Origin: Alphaproteobacteria bacterium
Lineage (GTDB): Bacteria; Pseudomonadota; Alphaproteobacteria; GCA-2731375
Reading direction: 5' to 3'
Length of the DNA stretch: 64,000 nt
NCBI GenBank assembly: GCA_965225945.1
Contig: CBDDBZ010000037.1
Span: 64,001-128,000 of the forward strand
Shown: piece after piece, positions 20,284 to 30,770 of the stretch
Layout: each line of letters begins with the position of its first letter
Numbering within the stretch: the stretch's first letter is position 1
Notes under the pieces: model-generated
Told to the model about the DNA's origin: nothing
Seen by the model: the letters and a program-made list of their open reading frames with translations, nothing else
The model's database searches: none
Made by a program: the position numbers and the translations under genes

Positions 20284-21066
20284 TCAGGCCGCGTCGGCCA
20301 GCAGGCAATCGTCGGCCAGCGGCGTGATCGGCGTGAAGTCGCGATGGGCGATCCATTCCGCCCGCTGGTAGCGCTGGATCGCGTTGTCGACCCGGTTGGC
20401 GCTGATATAGACGATGGTGCGGCCCCAGGGCGTCATGTTGGGGGGCGAGCCGTGCACCAGGTTGCAGTGGAACAGGACGGCGCCGCCCGGTGGCCCCTTG
20501 GGCGCGACGATGCCATGCGCGTCGACCAGCCGCCCCATGGTGTCGTTGTCGATGGTCCAGAGCGGATAGCTGGTGGTGGCCGTGTCGTGCCCGGCCTCGA
20601 TCACGCCGCCCCGGTGGCTGCCGGGAATGAAGTAGAGCGGGCCGTTGAACTCGTTCACCTCGTCCAGGAAGATCGCCAGGTTCATCGCCCGGGGCTCGGG
20701 CATCTCGTCGTCGCGCGACCAGACGCCGTAATCTTGGTGCCATTGCCAGACGTCGCCGTCGAAGGCGGCCTTGGCGTTGAGCTTGAATTGATGGATGTAG
20801 ACCGCGCCGCCCAGCAGCTCCATCGCCGGCCCGACCAGGCGGGGGTGGCGGGCGAGCTTTCGATAGAGTTCGGAGAAGCGGTGCGCGGCGAACACCGTGC
20901 GCACGGTGCGGCCGTCCTTCTCGCGGACGATCTCGTCGCGCTCGAGGCCGTAGAGCCGGCCCGCCTCCTCCAGCATGACGCCCGCTTCCCGGCGGCTGAA
21001 GAGCTCGGGGAAGAAGAGGTAGCCCTCTTCGTCGAATTGCCGCTTCTCGGCCTCGCTCAGTCGCAT
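20284..21066 (-). CDS. PhyH-family Fe/2-oxoglutarate dioxygenase (proline/ectoine hydroxylase-like)
   Basis: WHQDY (HxD), IPGSH, LVHGS. Confidence 0.85.
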   Translation of the reverse strand: MRLSEAEKRQFDEEGYLFFPELFSRREAGVMLEEAGRLYGLERDEIVREKDGRTVRTVFAAHRFSELYRKLARHPRLVGPAMELLGGAVYIHQFKLNAKAAFDGDVWQWHQDYGVWSRDDEMPEPRAMNLAIFLDEVNEFNGPLYFIPGSHRGGVIEAGHDTATTSYPLWTIDNDTMGRLVDAHGIVAPKGPPGGAVLFHCNLVHGSPPNMTPWGRTIVYISANRVDNAIQRYQRAEWIAHRDFTPITPLADDCLLADAA

Positions 21067-21200
21067 TTTCGTCTCCCTCGCCGACGCTGGGTGATTTTAC
21101 CACGAACCGGCGATCGGCGTCATCGCGAAGTCCGGCTCTGGATCGCCACGGTGCGCGGCGGCGTCTCCCAGGCCCGCTTCGACCTCGGCCAGAACGGCTT

Positions 21201-21253
21201 CCGTCCAATTGCGATCGCTTCCGGCGATCCAACCGGCGGATGAAGCAGCTTTA
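21201..21253. repeat. Degenerate copy of the palindromic repeat at 49601
   Basis: ccgtccaattgcgatcgctt...cgatccaaccggcggatgaagcagcttta aligns with 49613-49665. Confidence 0.6.
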
Positions 21254-21391
21254 GCGGATGAGTTGCGCCTCGCCGATCAGCTCCGCGATCTCGCGGCGCA
21301 GCAGGAATTTCTGGATCTTCCCGCTCGGGGTCAACGGAAACTCGTCGCGGATTTCGAGCCGCTCCGGCAGCTTCCAGGCGCTCACCCGCTT
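21251..21391 (-). pseudogene. AMP-dependent acyl-CoA synthetase C-terminal fragment
   Basis: Translates AWKLPERLEIRDEFPLTPSGKIQKFLLR (A10 motif) with no upstream gene body. Confidence 0.7.
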
Positions 21392-21521
21392 GGTCTTGGG
21401 CGTCGAGCTGCAGCCCGGCGACCCCATGGACTACGAGACCTTTCCGGTGGTCTGGCCAAGCACCGATAGGACATGATGGGGGACCCGACCGGTTCGGCAA
21501 CTAAGGAAAACGGGGTTCGGC

Positions 21522-21911
21522 ATGGACATATCTCTCTTTCTCGCCAAGGTTTTCGGCGTCTACCTCATCGTGACGGGTGTTGCCGTACCACTCCGACGCA
21601 AAGAGTTGATTCCGGCGATTGAGCAGCTCTTCGACAACCGGCCGCTCGTCTACATCTTGAGCGTCTTCGCCTTCGTCGTCGGCCTCCTGGCCGTCGTGAG
21701 CCACAACGTTTGGGTCGCCGGCTGGCCCGTCGTCCTTACGATTCTCGCCTGGCTGATTTTCCTGGAGGCGATCGCCTATCTGCTCCTGCCCTTCGAGGTG
21801 CTGGCGCGGTTTGCTCGCTGGTTCAACACTCCGGCATGGCACGTCGGCGGCGGCGCGGGCGCCTTCGTCCTTGGCGTTTTCTTAGCGGGTAAGGGATTCC
21901 AGCTGCTTTGA
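21522..21911 (+). CDS. Small four-TM membrane protein
   Basis: 129 aa, four hydrophobic segments, HNVW motif. Confidence 0.75.
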   Translation: MDISLFLAKVFGVYLIVTGVAVPLRRKELIPAIEQLFDNRPLVYILSVFAFVVGLLAVVSHNVWVAGWPVVLTILAWLIFLEAIAYLLLPFEVLARFARWFNTPAWHVGGGAGAFVLGVFLAGKGFQLL

Positions 21912-22072
21912 CGAAGAATAGAGGTCGGACTGCGATTTCCTGAATTTATGCAGGAGGCTGTCATGGTCCGTCGGCCGCGTATCCAATGTTTTCTGGTCGC
22001 GCTCTGGCCCGGGTTCGCCTTGGCCTAGTCGGCAGCTTATCCAGAGGCTCAAGCGGTGTGTAGAAGGGAGGC

Positions 22073-22350
22073 GGGCACTGCCACTGTATAGACTGCAGGA
22101 AGTCCAGCGGCACGGGCCATTGTTCTCACATGGTGGTGCCGGAGGACTCGTTGCGGCTCACCGGCGAGGTCAGGATCTTCGACATGCCCGCCGACAGCGG
22201 CAACATGGTGAGCCGGGGGTTCTTCCCAACCTGTGGCTGCCCGTTCATTCGACCAATTCCGGCATGCCCGGGATGGTCGTCGTCCGCGCGTCCAGCCTCG
22301 ACGATCCAGGCGTCTTCGAGCCGCAGATGGTGACCTACGCCAAGCGGGCG
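22073..22350 (+). pseudogene. GFA/CENP-V family protein remnant
   Basis: CHCIDCRKSSG and FFPTCG (Cys replaced by Phe); frameshift near 22243; no start codon. Confidence 0.75.
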
Positions 22351-23065
22351 GTTGATGGGGTTCCGTCGGCACGGCGGAAGACACCCTGCAACGGAAGACC
22401 GAGGGCGGACCCGACCGCGAGGCCGCCGCATCCGCCTCCGCCGCGAGCGGCTCACGGGCCGAGGCGTCGGCGGCGCCCGCATCGAGGCCGGCGCCCGGAC
22501 GCTTTCGCGGGCCGAGAGGCGCGCGCGGGGTCTTCGGGGCCCGCGACTTTGCCCGCGACGACGACGTTTATCGGGCGATATATTCTTGGCTTTGAATATG
22601 CAGGAGTCCACCAAATCATTGAAAATCATTGCCGTTCCGACATCGCCCCGGCGGGGGGCGGTCTCGTTCTGCAAAATTGGCGTTTTTTATAAAAAGATAC
22701 ATAATACCATATATACAGTACTATATTGGCCATCCACAACCCCGTCGCCGTGTGCGCCCCTGGTCCGAGACATCGCTCCCGGATCGACGTCGCCCGTGCC
22801 CCGGCCGCCAAACGCGGCCCGACGCCGCGGCCGGCTCCTGAACCTCGCAACGAGGCCGCCCGACCTCTCGATCGCGGGAACCTCAAGCGAATCACGCGGC
22901 AAGCCGTGCGGCCTTCTTTCTTCGACGCCTTGCCGGTCTCCGCCGCCTCGGCCCGGGCGAAGCCTCCCCCATGGGCTCGACGGCGGGGTGCGACGGATCT
23001 CGGGTAATGGGGTCGGGCGCCCTTACTCTTGAGTTTTCGACGCCCCGGATCCTGGCAAGCGATGG

Positions 23066-23128
23066 TGCGTAAAGGTGCCTGCGTAAAGGTGCCTAACCCC
23101 TTTTCTTCCTTTTCTTGACCCCTTTTCT
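23066..23128. repeat. Short tandem repeats
   Basis: TGCGTAAAGGTGCC x2 followed by TRACCCCTTTTCT x2. Confidence 0.6.
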
Positions 23129-23147
23129 CTTTTGGACGGATGCTGCT

Positions 23148-23279
23148 CTAGCGGATGAGTTGCGCCTCGCCGATCAGCTCCGCGAACTGCGCGCCATCTT
23201 CCTCCAGGGCAAAATGGCCCGTATCCAGCAGGTGAAACTCCAGGTTCTTGAGGTCGCGCCAGTAGGGATAGGCGCCTTC
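23148..23279 (-). pseudogene. Alpha/beta hydrolase C-terminal fragment
   Basis: [27 protein letters not shown]. Confidence 0.65.
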
Positions 23280-23504
23280 GCCGTCCAGTGCATTCGGAGC
23301 GGTCCTTTCATCGAGCAGGGGGAACGTCGTCAGGAATCAGACTCCTGCCATGATTTTCTTCACGTCGTCGAGGCCGAGCGCGTTACCGGCCACACCCCAC
23401 TGGCCGTCCTTGACTTCTTCGATGATCACCCAGGTCACGTCGCGTAATTTTTCGTTGGTCACTTCAGTGACGGCGTCCGTGATCTTGCCGATCAAATCCT
23501 TGGA

Positions 23505-25100
23505 GTAACTGCCCAGGTAGCTGATTTCGATGAGGCTGCGGATTGGGTCTCTGGGGGCAGATTTTGTGGGTTTGGGGCGCTGACGGCCTAGATTTCGTTT
23601 GACAGAGGGTGGTTGGTCGATTCTAAGGATTCGATGGATAGGGATGTTCTTGCCTTTTTGTCGAAAGACGAGCTGATCGATGTGGTGCTGGCCCAAGGGT
23701 CGCGGCTCGCCGAGTTCGAACTCCGGCTTGGTGAACTCGAGCGCCGGCTTGGCCTGAACAGCACGAACAGCGGCAAGCCACCGTCGAGCGATGGATTGAA
23801 CAAGCCACCGGCGGGTAAAAAGAAGCGCACCAGGAGCCTCCGTAAGAAATCGGCCCGCAAGCCGGGCGGGCAAAAGGGCCACAAGGGCGAGACCCTGCGC
23901 CAAGTCGCCGATCCCGACGCCACCGTCGACCATTATCCCGAGACGTGCCAGTGGTGTGGTTCGGGATTGACGCCGGATATGGCTACCGGCCATGGGGCCC
24001 GCCAGGTTTTCGATCTACCCGAGCCCCGGCCCCTGGTGGTCACGGAGCATCGGGCGCATCGCTGCCGTTGCGGGCATTGCGGCACGTACACTCGGGCTTC
24101 TTTTCCCGTCGCCATCACCGGCCCGGTTCAATACGGCGCTCGGATCGGAGCCATGGTGGTCTACCTGTCGCACTACCAACTCCTGCCCGAGGACCGCCTG
24201 GCTGAATTGATGAAGGATCTGTTCGGGGCGGAACTGTCTCCGGCGAGCCTCGCGCGGATGGGCGGGAACAGCGCCGAGTCCGTCCAAGGCGTCGTCGATG
24301 TGATCCGCGAACTGGTGAAATCGGCGCCGGTCAAGCACATGGACGAGACCGGCTTGCGGATCGCCGGGCGGACCCAATGGTTGCACGTCGCCTCGACCGC
24401 GCGGTTGACCTTCTATCGGGTCTCGGAGCGACGCGGCAGCCTGCTCGGCGGAGTCGGCGGCATCGTCGTCCATGACCACTGGAAGCCGTACTTTACGATG
24501 GAGGGCGTACGGCACGCGCTGTGCAACGCCCATCACCTGCGCGAGTTGCAAGCCCTGATCGAGATCGAGAAGGAGGGCTGGGCACGCAAGATGCAGAGAC
24601 TATTGCGCCGCGCCTGCCACGCGGTAAATCTCGCCCGGGAGCGGGGCGTGGCGCTGAAACCAGGCCTCGTCGAGCGCTTCCGAGGGTGTTACGACGCGAT
24701 CACGGCCGAGGGCATCGCCTTTCACGAGGCACAACCTCCTCTTGCGCCCAGATCAAGCAAGGCCAAGCGCCGGGGAAGCAAGCCGCGCCGCACCGGGCAC
24801 AACCTTCTCCGGCGCCTTCAGACACACAAGGAAGACGCGCTGCGCTTCCTCATCAATTTCGCCGTGCCGTTCACCAACAATCAGGCCGAGCAGGACGGGC
24901 GCATGATGAAGGTCAAGCAGAAAATCTCCGGCGGCTTCCGCAGCCAGAAAGGCGCCGAAGACTTTGCCACCGTCCGCGGCTTCATCTCGACCGCCAGAAA
25001 ACAGGGCTGGAACATCATCCAGGCGCTCATGGAAAATCCCGAAACCCTGATCGAGCGTCTCCACGCCGCCTAAAAGGCCACCATGTACCTGGGCAGTTAC
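23505..25100 (+). mobile_element. IS66-family element (single-ORF ISBst12-like)
   Basis: IRs GTAACTGCCCAGGT; 8-bp TSD TCCTTGGA at 23497-23504 and 25101-25108. Confidence 0.93.
23634..25073 (+). CDS. IS66-family transposase
   Basis: NSTNSGKPPSSD, HMDETG, CNAHHLREL, TNNQAEQDGR. Confidence 0.92.
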   Translation: MDRDVLAFLSKDELIDVVLAQGSRLAEFELRLGELERRLGLNSTNSGKPPSSDGLNKPPAGKKKRTRSLRKKSARKPGGQKGHKGETLRQVADPDATVDHYPETCQWCGSGLTPDMATGHGARQVFDLPEPRPLVVTEHRAHRCRCGHCGTYTRASFPVAITGPVQYGARIGAMVVYLSHYQLLPEDRLAELMKDLFGAELSPASLARMGGNSAESVQGVVDVIRELVKSAPVKHMDETGLRIAGRTQWLHVASTARLTFYRVSERRGSLLGGVGGIVVHDHWKPYFTMEGVRHALCNAHHLRELQALIEIEKEGWARKMQRLLRRACHAVNLARERGVALKPGLVERFRGCYDAITAEGIAFHEAQPPLAPRSSKAKRRGSKPRRTGHNLLRRLQTHKEDALRFLINFAVPFTNNQAEQDGRMMKVKQKISGGFRSQKGAEDFATVRGFISTARKQGWNIIQALMENPETLIERLHAA

Positions 25101-25872
25101 TCCTTGGATTGATCGGCGCTGAGTTCGTCCTTGAAGACTTTGACGTTAATAAGCGGCCACAGTACACGACTCGTTCATGCTGGCTTTGGCCTGGGCACCT
25201 GGACTGGTGGTTTTCCGGGGACGAGGAAACGAATCAGCTCAATGGCTTGACGCCTGTCGATAGGATTGACGAGCTGTCGCCTTATCTGTGGAACGGCGTG
25301 CAAAGTTGACCCCTGTTGAGGGGTGATCGGCGTCCAAATTTGACCCCCTGAGCCTGGCTAGTCCAAGTCACCTCGTTTTTGGGCGGACGAGGTGGTGGGG
25401 GATGTTGGTCGTGGAGACGATAGCGCGGATCCGGCGGGAGTATTTCGTCAAGGGGAAGCCGATCAAGGAGATCGTGCGGGACGTGAAGGTCTCGGGCAAC
25501 ACGGTGCGCAAGGTGATCCGTTCGCAGGCGACGGCGTTCACCTACGACCGGCGGGTCCAGCCGATGCCGAAGCTGGGGCCGTGGACGGCCGAGCTGGAGC
25601 GGATGCTGGAGGCCAACGAGACCAAGTCGAAGCGGGAGCGGCTGACGCTGCTACGGATCTCCGAAGCCCTCGAGGGTCTGGGCTATGGCGGCGGCTACGA
25701 CGCGGTGCGGCGCTACGCCAAGGCGTGGCGGTGGCGCCGCTCGGCATCGACGGCGCAGACCTATGTGCCGTTGGTGTTCTCGCCGGGCGAGGCCTATCAG
25801 TTCGACTGGAGCCACGAGTACGTGGTGCTGGCGGGGGTGACGACCAAGGTCAAGGTCGCGCACGTCCGGCTG

Positions 25873-27039
25873 CTTACCACCCATCAGATTTTGCTTGCCT
25901 TGTAGAATCTTGATGTGATTCAAGGAATCCGCCCTTTTCACAGGCGGAGTTCGACGGATGGTTGGTATCGAGATGCTGTCGGGGACGATCGGTGAGGACA
26001 TGCTGGGGCGTCTTGCCGGGCAGACTGTCGCTTTTGGTGGCGACGATGCTGGACGTTCGGAGCGCGAACCTGATGGACTTGGCGGCGTCCCTGCCGCGCG
26101 CGGCAGAACGGCTGGACATGCGCTATCAGTGGATCAGCCGGCTTTTGGGCAACGACTTGATCGAGGTCGACGCGGTGATGGCGCCTTACGGACGCGACGT
26201 TCTGGCGCGGGTCGGGGCAGGCGGGCAACAAATTGTCCTGATCATGGACCAGACCCAGTTGACGGCCCGCCATCAGGCGGTGATGGTGGCGGTGCGGATC
26301 GCCGGGCGGGCGTTGCCGCTGTCATGGCGGATCAAGGAGACCCGAGGGGCGATCGGCTTTGGCGAGCAGCGCGAGGCATTGGAGGCGGTCGTGGCGTTGC
26401 TGCCCGCCAGCGCCAAGCCTGTGCTGATGGGCGACCGTTTCTACGGTTCGCCCGCCTTGATCGCCTGGTGCCGGGACCAGGGCTGGGACTGGCGCTTGCG
26501 GCTCAAGCAGCACCTGTTGGTGTTCGAGGACGGTGGGGAGACCACCCTGGCCGAGTGTTTCGCCCGGGGCGAGCACATGCTCACCGGCATCGACCTCACC
26601 GAGAAGCGGGTCGCCACCAACGTCGCCATGGTGCACGAGGCGGGCCACCCGGAGCCCTGGATCATCGCGCTGTCCGAAGCCCCCACCAAACATCGGGCCT
26701 TCGATTACGGGCTCCGGTGGGGCATTGAACCCATGTTCTCCGACTTCAAAACCCGAGGCTTCGGTATTGAGGACAGCCACATCCAACGCACCGACCGCTT
26801 GGGTCGCCTTATCCTGGTCATGGCGCTGGCGCTGTTCTGGGCCGTGTCCGTCGGCATGTGGGACGTGGTCAACAAGGCCACCCCGGGCGAAAAAAACCGC
26901 CGGAAAAGCGACCCCGCAACCTGCTACGCAGCCTGACATCGCTGTTCAAACGTGGCATCCGCCGCATCCAGACCTGCCTCCAGCGACTCATCCCCCTCCC
27001 GCCCCTCTGGGAAGTCTGGAGAAATTGATGGGTGGTGAG
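25873..27039 (+). mobile_element. IS4-family element
   Basis: IRs CTYACCACCCATCA; 10-bp TSD CGTCCGGCTG at 25863-25872 and 27040-27049. Confidence 0.9.
25958..27028 (+). pseudogene. IS4-family transposase, frameshifted near 26024 and at the A7 run near 26890
   Basis: IMDQT, MGDRFY, YGLRWGIEPMFSDFK (YREK); C-terminal SLFKRG lies in another frame. Confidence 0.8.
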
Positions 27040-28076
27040 CGTCCGGCTGTGCCACAGCCGAATGTTCTTCGTCCGCGCTTATCCGCGCGAGAGCCAGGAG
27101 ATGGTGTTCGACGCCCACGACCGGGCATTCCGGCTGTTCCAGGGTGCCTGCCGGCGAGGCATCTACGACAACATGAAGACGGCGGTGCAGACCGTCCTCA
27201 TCGGCAAGGAGCGCGCGTTCAACCGGCGCTTCGTGCAGATGTGTGGCCACTACCTGGTCGAACCGACAGCATGCACGCCGGGAGCGGGATGGGAGAAGGG
27301 GCAGGTCGAGAACCAGGTCGGGATCATCCGCGGTCGGTTCTTCACCCCGCGGCTGCGCTTCAAGACCTACGACGAGCTCAACGCCTGGCTCTTGGACCAG
27401 TGCGTCGCCTACGCCCGGCGTCATCCCCACCCGGTGTTCAAGGACAGGACTGTCTGGCAGGTGTTCGAGGACGAGCGTCCGTCCCTGGTCGGCTATCGCG
27501 GGCCGTTCGACGGCTTCCACGCGGTCCCGGCGTCGGTGTCGAAGACCTGCCTGGTGCGCTTCGACAGCAACAAGTACAGCGTGGCGGCGCGCGCCGTCGG
27601 CCGTCCGGTCGAGGTCCATGCCTACGCCGATCGCATCGTCATCCGCCAGGACGGCGAGATCGTCGCCGAGCATGCCCGGCGCTTCGGCCGCGACCAGACC
27701 GTCTATGACCCGTGGCACTACGTGCCCGTGCTGGCGAGGAAGCCCGGTGCGCTTCGTAACGGCGCGCCGTTCAAGGACTGGGCGCTGCCCGGCGCCCTGG
27801 GTCGCGTGCGCGTCCGGCTCGCCGGCCACGACGACGGCGACAGGCAGATGGTCGAGATCCTCACCGCCGTGCTGGCGGATGGGCTGGCGGCGGTGGAGGC
27901 CGCCTGTGCCGAGGCGCTCGCTGGCGGCGTGTGCAGCGCCGACGTCGTGCTCAACATCCTCAATCGTCGGCGCCAGCCGTCCGAGACGGCGCCGATCCCG
28001 ACGCCCGCGAACCTGCGTCTTCGCTTTGAGCCGGTGGCCGATTGCACCCGCTACGACCGCTTGAGGGGGGTCGGCC

Positions 28077-28805
28077 ATGGAGCGCCATGAGGTCCTGGAG
28101 ATGATGGCCGCACTCAAGCTCGCCGGCATGCGCGACGCGTTCGACGAGGTGCTCGCCGACGGCCTCAAGCGCCAGCATCCGATGCAGCGAATCATCGGCG
28201 AGCTGTTGAAGGCCGAGATCGCCGACAAGCAGGCGCGATCCATCAAGTACCAGATGAGTGGCGCCAAGCTGCCGCTGGCCAAGGAGCTGGCCGACTTCGA
28301 CTTCACCGACACCCCGGTCAACGAGCCGCTGGTCCGCGAGTTGGCGGTCGGCGGCTTCCTGGCCAACCAGCGCAACGCCGTGCTGATCGGCGGCACCGGC
28401 ACCGGCAAGAGCCATCTCGCCGTCGCCATCGCGCGGGCCTGCATCCGCGATGGCGCCCGGGGCCGCTTCTTCAACGTCGTCGACCTGGTCAACCGGCTCG
28501 AGGCCGAAGCCCGCGCCGGCCGCCAGGGCCGGCTCGCCGATCAGCTGGCCCGGCGCGACCTCGTCATCCTCGACGAGCTCGGCTACCTGCCCTTCGCCCA
28601 AACCGGAGGCCAGCTGCTGTTCCACCTCGTCAGCCGGCTCTACGAGCGCACCTCGATCATCGTCACCACCAACCTGACCTTCGGCGAATGGCCGTCCGTC
28701 TTCGGCGACGCCAAGATGACCACCGCGCTCCTCGATCGTCTGACGCACCACTGCGAGATCATCGAGACCGGAAACGACTCCTGGCGCTTCAAGAATCGGT
28801 CCTAA
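28077..28805 (+). CDS. istB: IstB ATPase
   Basis: [26 protein letters not shown]. Confidence 0.94.
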   Translation: MERHEVLEMMAALKLAGMRDAFDEVLADGLKRQHPMQRIIGELLKAEIADKQARSIKYQMSGAKLPLAKELADFDFTDTPVNEPLVRELAVGGFLANQRNAVLIGGTGTGKSHLAVAIARACIRDGARGRFFNVVDLVNRLEAEARAGRQGRLADQLARRDLVILDELGYLPFAQTGGQLLFHLVSRLYERTSIIVTTNLTFGEWPSVFGDAKMTTALLDRLTHHCEIIETGNDSWRFKNRS

Positions 28806-29008
28806 AGGCAACCGATCCACCTGCCGCCCGGTCGCCCAGGTGGGCCCACAGGAACCTCCCACGCGCGGTCCGCCGCCAGCCGCGTGGTGGGCGCGTCGGC
28901 CCGCGCGCGGGCCCCTCCTATGGACTACCTGTACGACCTCCGCCGTGCATCCCCAAAGGGGTCAACATTGCACGCCGATAGGGGGTCAATGTTCAACGCC
29001 GATTGACA

Positions 29009-29673
29009 GTCGTCAACGACACGGGCCGTCACTTTGTTGCTGTCGCGGTCTTTCATACCAACAACGGCGGTCTTGCCAACTGCACCACGTCCGGTGCCCG
29101 CCAACTCTTTGCGCTTGGCCTTGCTCATGTTCTTGCGCTTGCCGCCAAAGTAAGTTTCGTCTACCTCGACCGGGCCGTCGAAAGGTTCGCCGTTCTCGCC
29201 CGCCCACGCTTCACGGATACGGTGCAACATGAACCAAGCTGTAGGCTGGGATACGCCGATATCGCGGGACAGTTTCATGCTGGCGACGCTTTTAAGGCTG
29301 GTAAGGCACAAGTAGATGGCGATGGCCCACTTGCGAAGCGGGACGTTGGAGCGGGCAATCGGCGTTCCGGTGCGGACGCTGAAATACGACCGGCAGTCAG
29401 AGCACCAATAGGGCATCGGTTTGGCGTTCGGGACTTCGCGCGTCCGAACGCTCCCGCACTTGCCGCAATGCCGCTCGCCGTCACGCCAGATAACGGACTC
29501 GAACCATGCCGTCGCGGCAGCCTCATCCGGGAACATGTCCATGAGCTGGACCAGCGTAACGCCTTCGCGATGGGCTTTGCCTGGGGCTTTCTGCGTCATG
29601 TCCGTGTCTCCCTTCCAACACCTTGGAATATAGGGAGTCAGTCAGCTAATGTCAAGTAGTCTTTATAATCCCC
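29009..29673 (-). mobile_element. IS1595-family element #2, truncated by IS21 (transposase fragment 29599 to 29009)
   Basis: Left end GGGGATTATAAAG; CGKC...CSDC Zn ribbon, VEVDETY; cut at ARVVDD. Confidence 0.85.
29627..29655 (-). promoter_or_regulatory. Sigma70 promoter of the IS1595 transposase
   Basis: TTGACA-17 bp-TATATT. Confidence 0.7.
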
Positions 29674-30770
29674 ATACTGGGAGCCGTGATCCATCCGCAA
29701 GGCCAGCCCCCGCGCCGCACCGGCGGAGGTCGAGGCATACAGCCTCGCAAGCCCCATGGAGATCGGCTGAAGGGCGGCGAAGCGGTCGCCTCGCTTGCAC
29801 ACATGCCAGCCGACGCACTCGGCGTTCCAATGCTCGATGGCGGTGAATATCCAGCCCCAGCCGTCGTCCACCGTGAACACCCGAACGCCGTCCGTGCCCC
29901 ACATGAGGTTGGGGGCATGGGTGATGATCTCACCGACATGGGGATTTCCGCCACGGCGGCGGCAGCGATGGGGCGAGAGCAGGTTGTTCTCGCGCATCAC
30001 CCGGAGCACCCGCTTGCGGGAAACACGGATGCCACGACAGACCCGAAGCCGAGCCCAGACCTTGCGGTGTCCCTCGCCCTCCCAGGGGGATGCCTCCAGG
30101 TCGGCCTCGATGGCCACCAGCAGAGCCTCGTCCGAGATCGAGGGCTTCGGTCCCCGGCGCTTTGCTGGTGGGCGCTCAGCGGTGGCCTGCTGCCGGGATT
30201 TCATGGCGTAGAACGAGGAACGGGCAAAACCCCAGGCCGCACAGACCCGCTGGAGGCCGTAGGCCAAACCCGTGCCGGGAGAGGTGGCGGCACTCATCGC
30301 CGCGACCTCCGCCGCCCCAAAGGGCCGGACGTCTCCGTCTTGGCCTCCAGCAGTTCCACCTGCATGATCAACTCCCCGATCCGCTTCATGGCGATGTCCA
30401 GTTCCGCCTTTACCGGATCGCCCTTGCGTTCCTTGAGCGAGGCATCGATCCCGGCGATCGCCTTCTCACGCCACTGCTCGAGCCGGAAAATCTCCACGCC
30501 CAACTGCCGCGACAAAAGTTCCACCGGCTCGCCACGCAAAAGCCGCAGGGCAACCTCACGCTTGCGCGTCACCGTCCACCGCTGGCCAAGTCCCAGCGGG
30601 CCTGCCGGCGAAACCTGGCCCGGGGAAAACGTGGACGAGCCAAGCTCGCCCTCGTTTACCACAGGCCCATCAACAGCAACTTTGTTTTCAAAATTGTCGG
30701 TCATGTTCCGGTCCTCCTTGGACACTTCGATTAAACCAATTCTGTGTCCAAGGAAATCGGGTCCGACTCA
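29674..30770 (-). mobile_element. IS3-family element truncated by IS1595 (orfA 30704-30294, orfB from 30297)
   Basis: Left end TGAGTCGGACCC; ATGA-coupled ORFs; rve motifs WGTDG and DHGSQY, then truncation. Confidence 0.85.

Larger units (their letters stand above)
23337..25156 (-). pseudogene. 4-oxalocrotonate tautomerase family gene split by IS66; start codon absent
   Basis: Rejoined: PLINVKVFKDELSADQSKDLIGKITDAVTEV...TWVIIEEVKDGQWGVAG; the codon before Pro1 is TGG. Confidence 0.8.
25402..28090 (+). pseudogene. istA: IstA transposase interrupted by IS4
   Basis: 25402-25872 plus 27050-28090 rejoin in frame (1512 nt); YQFDWS, YDNMKT, EKGQVE. Confidence 0.9.
25287..29008 (+). mobile_element. 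IS21-family element #2, interrupted by IS4; no matching TSD
   Basis: Ends tgtggaacggcgtgcaaagttgaccc / tgtcaatcggcgttgaacattgaccc, each with repeated ttgacccc boxes. Confidence 0.88.
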
